A stretch of DNA of 64,000 bases from an uncultured Acidobacteriota bacterium (GTDB lineage Bacteria; Acidobacteriota; Polarisedimenticolia; J045): the NCBI GenBank assembly GCA_963702545.1, contig CAVPDB010000002.1, forward strand, positions 17,941 to 81,940, read 5' to 3'. The notes beneath the pieces are model-generated. The model worked only from the letters and a program-made list of their open reading frames with translations. It ran no database searches and was not told where the DNA came from. Each line of letters begins with the position of its first letter. Within the stretch, counting starts at the first letter, position 1. Made by a program: the position numbers and the translations under genes. Below are positions 49,952 through 60,272 of this stretch, piece by piece.

Positions 49952-52435
49952 GGCCGCCGGGCTCCGCCACCAGCGCGCGATCGCGGCGCCGGCCGCGAGG
50001 TAGCCGGCGGCGGCCAGCAGCGTCACGCCCGAGATCCCGACGTCGAGCGCGAGCAGCGCGGCGAGGATCGGCCCGAGCACCGAGCCGACGCCGTTGGCGG
50101 CCCAGGCCAGCCCGGTCGACGCCCCCTCTCCGCGCGCCGCGAGCCGCGCCAGCGCGGCCGGGAACGGCACCCCCACCGCCAGCCCGAGCGGCACGACCAG
50201 CGCGATCGCCAGCGCGATCCGCGCCGCGTCGCCGAGCGCGAGCCCGGCGCGCAGCACCGCCGGGAGGCCGAGCGCGTAGAGCGCGACCAGCGCCGCGACC
50301 GCCGCCAGCATCGGCCACGCGCTGGACTGCGCGGCCGCGCGCGGACCCGCCAGCAGGCTTCCCGCGCCGGCCGCCGCGAGCAGCGTGGCCAGCACGACCG
50401 CCGCGGCCAGCACCGGGCTGCCCAGGAAGAGCGTCACGCGCTGCATCAGCGCGATCTCGAGCAGCATGAAGGCGACGCCCAGCGCGGCGAAGTAGCCGGC
50501 GAGCGCGCGGGAGCCGGCCGCGGGCGGGCCGCCCGCATCGCCCGCTTCGCCCGCAGCGCCCGCTTCGCCCGCAGCGCCCGTCTGGCCCGCGCTCGCTCCC
50601 CTCCGCGCGCCGCCGCGCAGCGCCAGCGCGAGCAGCGGGAGCGACAGCACCAGCGCCTGGAGCAGCACCGCGACCAGCACCAGGCGGCCGGAGAGGATCA
50701 GGGGGTTCTCCTTCCAGCCCGCGCCGAAGAGCTGCAGGTTCGACCAGCGCCCGAACTGGAAGAAGAACGGCCGGTCGTCGGTGGTCGGCGAGATGTCGAA
50801 CGGGTAGCTCGCCACGAAGGCCCGGCGGTCGGGCGCGGACAGGTAGGCTGCGTACGCGGTCGCGGCCGGCCGCTCGGGCTCGTAGACGACGAAGAACCCG
50901 CGCTCGGCGGCCAGTGCGCGGGCGCGGGCGATCTCCTCGGGGGTGAAGGGGCTCTTCTTCACGACGAGGTTCGCCATCCGCCCGAGGCCGAAGACGATCA
51001 GGTGGCGCGACGGGTCGGTCGCGCCCTGCCGCCGCAGCGCCTCGTCGACGACGGCGACCAGCCGCAGCGACTCGCGCGGCGGGTTCCAGTCCCAGCGCGT
51101 CACGGTCAGCGCGCCGTCGGGGGCGAGGCGGGCGAGGTTGTCGCCCAGCGCCTCGACCGTGTAGAGGTAGCCCTCGGACAGGCTGTAGGCGCCCGATGCG
51201 CTGGCCGCCCAGGTGTCGATCAGCGAGAGCTGCACCAGGTCGAAGGTGTCCTTCGAGCGCCGGGTGAACGCGCGCCCCTCTGCCTTGTGCAGCGTCACGC
51301 CGGGACGCTCGAAGGCGCGGCCGCCGCGCGCGGCGAGCGGGCCGCGCGCGAAGTCGATCACCGCGCCGTTGATCTCGACCGCGTCGACGGTGCGCGCGCC
51401 GTGGTGCAGCGCGGTCAGGACGTCGACCCCGCCACCGGCGCCGATGATGAGAACGCGCTGCGGGTGGAGCAGCTGGTAGGCCGCGGAGCCGAGCGTCCAG
51501 TCGAGCAGCGCCATCTCGGCCAGCGGGGTGTCGCCGAACTGCACGACCGGCGTGGCCGCGTCGCCGTCGAGCAGCATGCGTGTCTCGCCCGGGTGCGGCA
51601 TCGGCGCGCGGGAGTTGATGGTCCAGGCTACCGGCGGCGTGTTCTCCACGATGTCCACGCGGGCGAGCGGGTTCCAGCGCGTGGCCGTGACCCGCGGCGC
51701 CTGGGCGCCGGGCGGCCGAGCCAGGAGCCAGCCGAGGGTCTTGCCCTCGCCGGGCCGGATGTCGAGGAGAGCCGGGGCGAAGGGGATCGCGGCCAGCAGG
51801 GCCAGCGCGGCCGCCAGCGCCGGCGCCGCCGCGCGCAGCGGGCTGCCGGCGCCGGCGACACCGGGGTCCCCGGCGCTCCCGGCGCGCAGGATCACGGCCC
51901 CGAGGCAGGCGACCGCCGCCACGAGCAGCACCACCCCCTCGGCGCCGAGCGGCTCCAGCAGGGCCATCACCGCCACCGCACCGGTGGCCGCTCCCAGCAG
52001 ATCGCTGCCGTAGACGGCCGGCGCGCTCGCCGCGAACCCCTTGAGCAGCGTGCCCACGGCGAGGCCGGCCGCGGTCAGCGGCAGCAGCAGGGCGACGTAG
52101 TACGCAAAGAGCAGCAGCCACTGCCCGGCACCCTCGCCGAGCCGCGTCGGATCGAGCGGCAGGCGCCCGATCAGTGCGACCGCGGCGATGGCGAGCCCCG
52201 CGAACGCCAGGGCGTACTGCGCGGCGCGGCGCGGCGCCGGCTCGGAGGCGCGCGGGACGAGCTGCAGCACCACGCCGCTGACCGCCACGCCGAGCAGCGC
52301 GACGCTGATCACCATGAAGGCGAAGTGGTGCCAGATCGAGAACGAGAAGATCCGCAGCAGGACGATCTCGAACGCGAGGATCGCCCCGGCGAGCAGGGCG
52401 ATCGCGATCCGGACGGACGCGTTGGCGGGGCGCAT
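49949..52435 (-). CDS. Polytopic membrane protein with central spermidine-synthase-like (aminopropyltransferase) domain
   Basis: Within ORF 49949..52516(-). The start was chosen at MRPANASVRIAIALLAG (ATG 52435); a TTG at 52516 is also possible. It has many TM helices on both sides of a PABS-like domain (QRVLIIGAGGGVDVLTALHHGARTVDAVEINGAVIDFARG...DLVQLSLIDTWAASASGAYSLSEGYLYT). Confidence 0.7.
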   Translation of the reverse strand: MRPANASVRIAIALLAGAILAFEIVLLRIFSFSIWHHFAFMVISVALLGVAVSGVVLQLVPRASEPAPRRAAQYALAFAGLAIAAVALIGRLPLDPTRLGEGAGQWLLLFAYYVALLLPLTAAGLAVGTLLKGFAASAPAVYGSDLLGAATGAVAVMALLEPLGAEGVVLLVAAVACLGAVILRAGSAGDPGVAGAGSPLRAAAPALAAALALLAAIPFAPALLDIRPGEGKTLGWLLARPPGAQAPRVTATRWNPLARVDIVENTPPVAWTINSRAPMPHPGETRMLLDGDAATPVVQFGDTPLAEMALLDWTLGSAAYQLLHPQRVLIIGAGGGVDVLTALHHGARTVDAVEINGAVIDFARGPLAARGGRAFERPGVTLHKAEGRAFTRRSKDTFDLVQLSLIDTWAASASGAYSLSEGYLYTVEALGDNLARLAPDGALTVTRWDWNPPRESLRLVAVVDEALRRQGATDPSRHLIVFGLGRMANLVVKKSPFTPEEIARARALAAERGFFVVYEPERPAATAYAAYLSAPDRRAFVASYPFDISPTTDDRPFFFQFGRWSNLQLFGAGWKENPLILSGRLVLVAVLLQALVLSLPLLALALRGGARRGASAGQTGAAGEAGAAGEAGDAGGPPAAGSRALAGYFAALGVAFMLLEIALMQRVTLFLGSPVLAAAVVLATLLAAAGAGSLLAGPRAAAQSSAWPMLAAVAALVALYALGLPAVLRAGLALGDAARIALAIALVVPLGLAVGVPFPAALARLAARGEGASTGLAWAANGVGSVLGPILAALLALDVGISGVTLLAAAGYLAAGAAIARWWRSPAA

Positions 52436-52472
52436 GGAGGGAGGATAGCGAAATCGGGGCGCCGGCGTCGGG

Positions 52473-52831
52473 CTAGCCCGGAGCGGCGATCCCGAGCCGG
52501 GCCGCGACGGCGGCAAGCCGCCGGTCGAGCGTCCAGAGCGTCGTCCGGGCGAGGAGGGTCGAGGCGAGCAGGTGAGCGTCCACCCAGCCGATCCCCGAGC
52601 CGGCCAGCCCGCGGGCTTCGATCAGCGCCAGCACCTCGCCGTGAGATGCAGGCGGGACCCGCGGAAGCGCGTCCAGCAGCGAGAGGATCTCCGCCCGCCG
52701 CCGGAGCCTCCCCAGCGCCAGCTCGCCGAGGACGAACGGGTGCGTCTCGACGCGATCCTGCTCGAGTGCCGCCGCGAGCCGCGGGAGATCTCGGCGCAGG
52801 TGTTCCACCCAGACCGAGGTGTCGACGAGCA
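52473..52831 (-). CDS. vapC: Type II toxin VapC (PIN domain), second module
   Basis: GTG start at 52831 preceded by GAGGGGG. VLVDTSVWVEHLRRDLPRLAAALEQDRVETHPFVLGELALG...VDAHLLASTLLARTTLWTLDRRLAAVAARLGI. Confidence 0.7.
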
Positions 52832-52839
52832 CGACCCCC

Positions 52840-53091
52840 TCAGCGCGTGCCGCGCGGCTTGCGCCGCGAGGCGAGCACGCGCCGTCGCGCCGCCGCGGGC
52901 TCGGCCGGCCGCCTCCGCGGCACCTCGCGCAGGCGCGGCTCGGAGCCGCCGAGGGCGGCGAGACGACGCGCGCTCTCGCGCGCGACGAGCGCTTCGAGGC
53001 CGGCATGCACGAGCGCCGTCTTTTCCGCGATCCCGCTCAGGCGGCGGGCCTCGCGCAGCAGGGTGTCGTCGATGTTGAGGGTCGTTCTCAT
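52840..53091 (-). CDS. vapB: Type II antitoxin VapB family, second module
   Basis: MRTTLNIDDTLLREARRLSGIAEKTALVHAGLEALVARESARRLAALGG (ATG 53091), the C-terminal 83 aa of ORF 52840..54012(-). It overlaps the vapC start. An AT-rich inverted repeat, TGCAGATG-N6-CATCTACA, lies at the start codon. Confidence 0.7.
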   Translation of the reverse strand: MRTTLNIDDTLLREARRLSGIAEKTALVHAGLEALVARESARRLAALGGSEPRLREVPRRRPAEPAAARRRVLASRRKPRGTR

Positions 53092-53186
53092 GCAGATGAG
53101 TATGCATCTACAGTACATACACCGCCATCCCGGAACGGGCGCGGCGACGAACCGGGTTGCACCGGCAGGAGGGCGCGGCCAGCGCC

Positions 53187-56100
53187 TCAGTCCCGCTCCA
53201 CCCGCCCCGCGGACAGGAACCACAGCTCGGCCCGCGGCGGCGGGTCGGGGAAGAGGCCCCGCAGCGACTCGACGTAGCGGGCGAGCTGCGGGCGGTAGCG
53301 CTCGACGGCCGCGTCGCGCGCGGCGGTGTAGTCCGGCCCGGCGGGGTCGGGGAGCGAGTCGGTCTTGTAGTCGGCGACGACCAGCGCACCGTCCTCGGCG
53401 CGGTAGAGCAGGTCGATCGTGCCGACCCACGCGCCGGTCGGCTGGTCGTCGGCGTCGCCGTCGGGGGCGGCGAGCAGCGGGACCTCGCGTCCCAGCACGC
53501 GGTCGCGCAGGGTGGCCAGGGCGTCGAGCGCGCCGTTCCCCGCCATCCGGTCGAGCAGCGCCTCGGCCTCGGCGCGGGCGCCGTCGCGGAGTTCGGGAGA
53601 GAGATCGGGCGGCAGGTACCCCGCCAGGCGCCCGCGCTGGCGTACGCGCTCGGCCGCCGGGTCGGCGGCCAGGTCCCAGGCCTCGAGCGCGCGGTGGATC
53701 GCGGTGCCGACGGCGAGGCGCTCGTCGCGCCGCGTGTCGTCGGAACCCGCGGCGGGCCCCGCCGGCAGGAGGGGCGGCCCGGCCTCCGGCTCGTCCTCTC
53801 CGTCGCGCGCGGCGTGGCCTGCAGCGTGGGCCGCGCCGGAGGGCGTCGCCGTGGCGGGGCGGCGCATGCGCGCGCCGGCGTCCCGTCGCGCGTCGGCGAG
53901 CAGCGCCAGGTCGCGCACGGCGGCGGCCTCGGACGCGGCGGACGCCTCCGCGCGCGCGGCCGCGGCGGGCGGGCGCAGCGCCGCCGGGTCGCCCGCGGGC
54001 GCGAGGCGCCACGGGACGCCGTGCGCGTCGGTCGCGGCGCCGCCCGCCTCTACCATCGCGGCCAGCGCGTCCCCGCCTTCACGCCGCGCCAGCAGCGCCA
54101 GGTGCGACCCGGCGGGCGCGGCCCGGCCGGTCGCCGGGTGCGGCCAGGCGCCGGCGAGCACCATGCTCACCCGCGCGCGCGTCGCCGCCACGTAGAGCGT
54201 CCGGACCGACTCGGCCGCCGCGATCTCGGCCTCCTCCCGCTCCACCGCGTGGAAGCCCAGCCCGGGGACGCCGAGCAGGCGGACATCCCAGCCGCCGCCG
54301 TCGCGGGGCGCGACGCGGTTGTCGTGGGATCGACTGCCGCGGGACCGGCTGCCTCCCGTGCCGTGGTGCAGGTCGACGACGAAGACGTGATCGAAGTCCA
54401 GCCCCTTGGCCTTGTGGATCGTCAGCACGCGCACCGCGTCGAGCGTGTCGTCTCCCGGCGCCCCCTCGCGCTCCTCGCGCCCCTCGGCGACGCCGCCGCG
54501 CAACTCGCGCAGGACCCCCTGGATCCCTTCCGCGCCGGAGAGCCCCTCCAGCAGGCGGCGCAGGAAACGCTCCATGTTCGCCAGGCGGTGCGGTCCCAGG
54601 TAGCGCGCCGCGGCGAACTCCTCGGCCAGGACGAGGGCCGCGAGCGTCTCGACGAACCGGTCCGCCGCGTCCCCGGACAGGGACCGGCGCAGCTCGGCGA
54701 GCGCGCGCACGGCGGCCTTCGCGGCCTGCGGCCAGTCCGCGACCCGCTCGATGCCGGGGATCGCGGCCCGCTCGACCTCGCGCGCGACGGTGTCGATCGC
54801 GGCGTCGAGGCGCGCGAAGGCGGCGTCGTCGGGGCGGTCGAGCCGCCGCAGCTCCTCCACCGCCCCGCTGCTCCAGAGGCCGGGCAGCGCGGCGTCCGGC
54901 ACGCCGCCCCACGGCGAGCGCAGGAAGGTGACCAGCGCCAGCTCGTCGAGCGGGTCGGCGATCGCGCGGACGAGCGCCCCGGCGTCGATGACCTCGCGCC
55001 GCCGGAAGTACTCGCGCTCGCGCTCGACGACGAACGGCAGCCCGCGCGCGCGCAGCGCCGCGAGGTAGGGCTCCAGCCCGGAGGTGGCGCGGAGCAGGAT
55101 CGCGATCCGGCCCAGCGAGGCGCCCTCCCGGCGCAGCGCGTCGATCTCCGCCGCGACGGCGTCGGCCTCGACCTCGCGCGCCTGCCGGGCTCGCGTCGGC
55201 TCGCCCGCGTCGAAGCGGTCGCGCGCCCAGGACGCCCAGTACTCCACCGGGGGGCGTGCGCCCTCCGGCTCCGGCGGCCGATCCGGGGCGAGTTCCTGGA
55301 ACGGCGCCTGCCGGTCGCCGTCCTCGACCAGCAGCGGGCGCGCGATCCGCGTCACCTCGTCCAGCACGGCGGGCTGCGAGCGGAAGTTCACCACCAGCGG
55401 GAGGCGCTCGCCCCCGGCCTGCTCGACCCGGCGCGCGAACTCCCGGTACGCCGCGAGGCTCGCGTGGCGCCAGCCGTAGATCGACTGCTTCGGGTCGCCG
55501 ACCAGCATCAGCCCGGGACGCTCCCCGGGCGGGCCCTCCAGCGCGAGCCGCCGGACGATCTCGCACTGCAGGCGGTCGGTGTCCTGGAACTCGTCCACGA
55601 CGAGCTGGTCGATCTCGCGGCGCACCGCGGCGGCGACCGCGTCGTTGCGGAGCAGCACGGCCGCGTCGCGGATCAGCGCAGCGAAGGGGGAGATGCCGCG
55701 GCAGCGCAGTGCCTTCTCGACCTCCGCGAGCAGCGGGCCGAGCACCGCGCGGGCCGCGGCGAGGACGTCGGGATCGACCTGGCGCAGCGACTGCAGCAGG
55801 CCGTGCAGCGCGCCCGCCGCCGGGGCCAGCTCGCGGGCGACGGGCGCGAGCACGGCGGATTCGGTCTCGCCGTCCGACGGGTCGAGAGCGCTCCACCCCG
55901 CGAGCCGCTTCAGCAGCTTGTCGTCGAAGTGGTCGGACGCCAGGTCCACGAGCTGCCCGGCCGTCTCCGCGCCCGCGGCGGCCGCCGCGACCGCGTCGAG
56001 CGCGTCGCGGAGGCGCGGTCCCGCCTTGAGCAGTCGCGCCGCGGCGCCGGCGAAGCGGCTCGCGGACGAGATCGGCGATCTCCGCGGCGCGGCAGCCGAG

Positions 56101-56838
56101 TTCCTGCGCGACGGCGCGTGCGCGCGCGTCGGACAGCGGGTCGTCGTCGAGGGCCTCGGGCGGCACGGCCTCGGTCGCGAGCTCCTCGAGCGCCGCCGCG
56201 AGCGCCGCCGGCCCGTGCCCCTGCGCGGCGAGCTCGATCCACCGCTCGTCGCCCGCGGGCCCGAGCGCCTCGGGCAGGCGGCGCGCCATCACCTCCTCGA
56301 CCACGCCGGCGAGGAGCGTCCCCTCGGCGTCGACCTCGAAGGCCGGGTGCAGTCCCGCTTCGAGCGCCCGCGCCGCGAGCAGCCGGCGGCAGAAGGCGTG
56401 GATCGTCGCGACCTCGAGCCGGTCCTGCACGGCGAGCAGCGCCGCGGCGCGCTCGCGCCGGCGGTCGTCCGGCCCGGGGAGGTCGGCGAGCGCCAGTCCG
56501 ACCGCGTCCACGCCGCGGTGCACGCAGGCGAGCATCCGCGCGATCCGCTCCGCCATCTCGGCCGCCGCGCGGTCGGTGAAGGTGATCGCGACGACGCGCT
56601 CGGCCGTGCGGCGCGCGATGCGGTCCGGGGCGTCCGCGCCGGCGGAGGCGCCGACCGCCGCCGCCGCCCGATCCCAGCCCGGCCCGAGCAGCCAGGCGAC
56701 GATCCGCGACGCGACGACCGTCGTCTTGCCGGTGCCGGCCCCGGCGTCGAGCAGCAGCGGGCGCTCGAATTCGGTGCGCGCGACGCGGCGGGAGCGCTCG
56801 TCGTCCGCGCGGGCCGCGGCCAGTTCGGCGGGCGTCAC
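53187..56838 (-). CDS. addA: ATP-dependent helicase/nuclease subunit A (AddA; UvrD-like helicase + C-terminal PD-(D/E)xK nuclease); apparent 1-nt frameshift near 56055
   Basis: GTG start at 56838 overlapping the addB stop as GTGA. N-terminus VTPAELAAARADDERS...LLDAGAGTGKTTVVASRIV...ITFTDRAAAEM... in the frame of ORF 54079..59334. From about 56050 it continues in ORF 53187..55949 (RFAGAAARLLKAGPRLRDAL...VVDEFQDTD, VGDPKQSIYGWR, LTIHKAKGLDFDHVFV, LYVAATRA, nuclease ADYKTD). Confidence 0.8.
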
Positions 56839-59800
56839 GGGGCGTCCTCGGTGCCCAGCCGCATCACGGCGAGCAGTGCCGCCAACCGCGGGTCGGACGG
56901 TGCGCCGGAGGCCCCCCCCGCGCTCGAGCGTTCGAGCGCGCCGCGGACGGCCGCACGCCAGCGCAACCGCATCCCGCTGTCGTCGACGAGGCATGCGGAG
57001 CGCACCTCGCAGTAGGCGCAAGCGGGGTTGGCCTGCTCCTGGAGGCTCTCGACGCGAGGGAAGAAGCTCCCCGCGCGGGCGGCGCCGAGCAGCGTGGCGA
57101 CGGCGCGCGGCAGCCCGCCCGTCACCGCGTCGTCGTCGGACGCGATCGCGGCCTCGACGCGGCGCGGGTCGTCCTCCTGCTTCAGGGACACGTAGCGCCC
57201 GGTCTTGGCGCCGGGCCCGTCGGCCGCGGCGTAGGCCGCGCCCTGCAGCAGCTCTCCGCGCGCGACCGCCTGAGCCACTTGTTCGCGGCGCCTGTCGGAC
57301 CTGACCGCCGTGAACGGCAGCTTCCCCGTCTTGTAGTCGGTCAGGACCAGTGCGCCGTCCTCGGCTCGGCGGTCGACGCGGTCCGCGCGGAAGCGCAGCG
57401 CGACCGTCCGTCCTTCGCCGGCCGCGATCGTCGCCACGCCGTCGACCTCGGTCCCGAGCACGCGCGGCCCGTCGTCCGCCCAATCCAGCGCGATCGCCCG
57501 CTGGACGAACGGGAGCGCGCGCCGCGCCAGCGCCTCGTGCAGTCCGGGCAGCGTGATCCCGGCCTCGAGCGCGACCTTTCGCGCGGCGTCGCGCGCCGCG
57601 CTCTCGACGCTCGCGGCGGGGGGCCGGCGCAGCGCGACCGGCTCGGCGGCGGCCAGCTCGGCGAGCACCTCGGGACGGCGCCCGACCTGGTCCGCGACGA
57701 GGCGCTGCAGTGTGGCGTGCACCACGGCCCCGACGCTGGGAGGATCGGGCTCGGGCAGCACGGCGCGCGGGTCGGGCGGCGGCGCGAGACCGAGCGTCCG
57801 CTCGAGGAACGCCTTCCACGGGCAGCGCGCGAGGCGCTCGACGGTGGTCACCCAGGGATCGTCGGCGGCGAAGTGCGACCCGCCGGCGCGCGGCGCGAGG
57901 AAGCCGAAGAGGGGGCCGGCGCCGCGGCTCTGCGGCGGTGCGTCCCACTCTTCGAGCGCCTGCCGCCGGGCGCGCGCCAGCGCGGCGCGGTCGAGGCCGT
58001 CCAGCGCGCGCGCGGCGGCGGGCAGCCGGCGCGCCGCGTCGCTCCAGGCGAGCGGCGCGAGGCGCTCGACCAGCTCGAGGTCTCCCGCGAGCGCGGCGCG
58101 CTGCAGGTGCTCGGCGGCCGTCAGCGCGCGGCCGAGCCGCACGGTCCGGTCGAGCGCTTCGCCGCGCGGCCGCGCCACCGCGCCGGGCTCCAGCGCCGGC
58201 CGCTCCAGCCGCACCCGCTGCACGAAGGGCGAGGGGTCCAGCACCTTGCCGTCGTCGTCCGCGCGCTGCCAGGAGATCGTCACGACCGGTGCCGCGGCGG
58301 CGAGCTGCGCGAACAGGAAGCGCTCCTCGTCGCCGCCCCACGACTTCTCGGGCAGGTGCGGCAGCGCTGCGGCCAGCCGGCGCCGCGTCGCGTCGGAGAG
58401 CAGCGGGTCCTCGCCCTGCCGCCGCGGAAAACGGTCGCGGTTGACCCCCGCGAGGAAGAGGCGGGAGAAGATCAGGCCGCGGGCGCGCGCGACGTCGAGA
58501 AGCTGGACGCCGCCCCCGGCGCCGCCGAGCGCGTGGCGCGTCGCGGCCTCGACGCGCGGCCGGGCCAGCAGCAGGAACTCCTCGCGGGAGAGCGGCTCTC
58601 CGGGTGCGGCCTCCTCGCCGAGCGCGTCGAGCGCGCCGGTCCAGGCGGCCACGGCCGCCGGATCGTCGGCCAGCAGGCCGGCGCCGAGCGCGCGCGCCGC
58701 GTCGAGGAAGCGCGCCAGGGGCGCGGGAGAGGGCCACGCGGCGACGCGCTCCGCCGTGCCCCGCGCCGCGGCGAGCGCCGCGCGCAGGGCGGCCCCCGGG
58801 ACGCGGCGGGCGCGGGTCTCGAGCGCGTCGAATTCCGCGTCCGGCGGCTCCGCGCCGTCCCCGTCCGCGTCGCTGCCGTTCCAGCCGCCCGCCTCGTCCC
58901 CCTCGCCCGGCGCGTCCCGCTGTTTCGCAGCGACCGCCATCCGCACCGGGAGGCGGTAGTTGTCCTCGGCGTCGAGCACCGCCGCGAGGTCGACGCGCGC
59001 GGCGTCCTCCAGCCGCGCCACGCCCAGCGCGCGCAGCGCGAGCCGCAGGTCGTGCCGGCCGGCCGCGCCGGCGACCGAGCCCTCCGCGGCGTCGAGCCAG
59101 GCGTCGACCGGAGCCGACCCGGCGCGCTCGATCACGACGAGCAGCGCCTGCAGCCGCCGCGCCGCCGGCCGCAGCCCGCCCGGCTCGTCGCCGCCCGAGA
59201 ACGGCACGCCCAGCCGCTCGAACCAGCGCCGGAAGGGAAGCTCCCAGCCCGCGAGGCTGCGGACGACGACGCCGATCTGCTCGGGAGCGGGCGGAGGGGC
59301 CGTCGGCGGGGCGCTCGCGGGCGCGTGCAGCCACTCGCGGATCCGGTGCGCGATCTCGCGCGCCTCGGCGTCGCGGCCGGCGGCGTGGAAGAGCTCCAGC
59401 GTCGTCGCGCCGGCGGCGCCGGCGGTCTCGGTCCGCTCGCGCGGCAGGCCCGTCAGCCCCAGCCGCGTCTCGAACCGCTCGCGGAAGGCGTTGCCCGCGT
59501 CGGGCGCTCCGTCGTCGCGCGCCGGGTCGGGCGGCTCGTCCAGCAGCAGCGTCGCCGCGGGGAGCGCGAGCAGCGCGCGCAGCAGCGTCGTCGCGGCCCC
59601 GGTGGCGTCGGCGAAGCCGTGGACGAGGAGCGCACGGGCGGGGAGCGCGGCGGGGCCCTGCTCCGCGAGGATCGCCGCCGCGCGCCGCAGCGCGTCGGCC
59701 GGGCGGCCGAGACCCAGCGCGCGCATTGCAGCAGCGGTCCCGGTCGCGGTGCGCAGCACTGCCGCGGTGCGCCGCGCCTCCGGCGTGCGGCGGGCGCCGC

Positions 59801-60263
59801 CCGGGATCGCCTCGAGCGCGGCGTCCAGCGCGGCGTCGTCGAGCCCCGCGCTGTCGAGGTCGCGCACGGAAGCCGCGACCGCGGCGTAGCCGTCCTCCAG
59901 CCCGCCGAGCCGTTCGACCAGCGCGTCGTGCTTCGCCGCCTCGCGCCGCACGAGGATCTCGAAGAAACCGCCGTCGGCGGGGGCGCGCTCACCGGTGCGC
60001 TCGAGGATCTCTCGCGCGACGGCCCAGAGCGTCTGGATCCGCAGGCCGAGCAGCGTCGGCCCCAGCTCCCGGGCGAGCACGCGCGCGAGATGCCGGCGCA
60101 GCGTGCCGGAGGCGACGATCAGCAGGACAGGGCGGGCGAGCAGCGACGGATCGCGGCGGGCGTCCTGGACGAACGGGCGCAGCGTCTCGATCAGCTGCCC
60201 CTCGACCGCGCGCGGACCCCGGCCGACGATCACCCGCGGCCCGCGCTCTCCCCCGTTCGCCAT
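56835..60263 (-). CDS. addB: ATP-dependent helicase/nuclease subunit B (AddB) with C-terminal RecB-type nuclease and Fe-S Cys cluster
   Basis: 1142-aa intact ORF. C-terminal LVLTDYKTGK motif and CAYCEVRSAC. The N-terminal half is an inactivated helicase-like fold. Confidence 0.75.
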   Translation of the reverse strand: MANGGERGPRVIVGRGPRAVEGQLIETLRPFVQDARRDPSLLARPVLLIVASGTLRRHLARVLARELGPTLLGLRIQTLWAVAREILERTGERAPADGGFFEILVRREAAKHDALVERLGGLEDGYAAVAASVRDLDSAGLDDAALDAALEAIPGGARRTPEARRTAAVLRTATGTAAAMRALGLGRPADALRRAAAILAEQGPAALPARALLVHGFADATGAATTLLRALLALPAATLLLDEPPDPARDDGAPDAGNAFRERFETRLGLTGLPRERTETAGAAGATTLELFHAAGRDAEAREIAHRIREWLHAPASAPPTAPPPAPEQIGVVVRSLAGWELPFRRWFERLGVPFSGGDEPGGLRPAARRLQALLVVIERAGSAPVDAWLDAAEGSVAGAAGRHDLRLALRALGVARLEDAARVDLAAVLDAEDNYRLPVRMAVAAKQRDAPGEGDEAGGWNGSDADGDGAEPPDAEFDALETRARRVPGAALRAALAAARGTAERVAAWPSPAPLARFLDAARALGAGLLADDPAAVAAWTGALDALGEEAAPGEPLSREEFLLLARPRVEAATRHALGGAGGGVQLLDVARARGLIFSRLFLAGVNRDRFPRRQGEDPLLSDATRRRLAAALPHLPEKSWGGDEERFLFAQLAAAAPVVTISWQRADDDGKVLDPSPFVQRVRLERPALEPGAVARPRGEALDRTVRLGRALTAAEHLQRAALAGDLELVERLAPLAWSDAARRLPAAARALDGLDRAALARARRQALEEWDAPPQSRGAGPLFGFLAPRAGGSHFAADDPWVTTVERLARCPWKAFLERTLGLAPPPDPRAVLPEPDPPSVGAVVHATLQRLVADQVGRRPEVLAELAAAEPVALRRPPAASVESAARDAARKVALEAGITLPGLHEALARRALPFVQRAIALDWADDGPRVLGTEVDGVATIAAGEGRTVALRFRADRVDRRAEDGALVLTDYKTGKLPFTAVRSDRRREQVAQAVARGELLQGAAYAAADGPGAKTGRYVSLKQEDDPRRVEAAIASDDDAVTGGLPRAVATLLGAARAGSFFPRVESLQEQANPACAYCEVRSACLVDDSGMRLRWRAAVRGALERSSAGGASGAPSDPRLAALLAVMRLGTEDAP

Positions 60264-60272
60264 GCGCCGATT

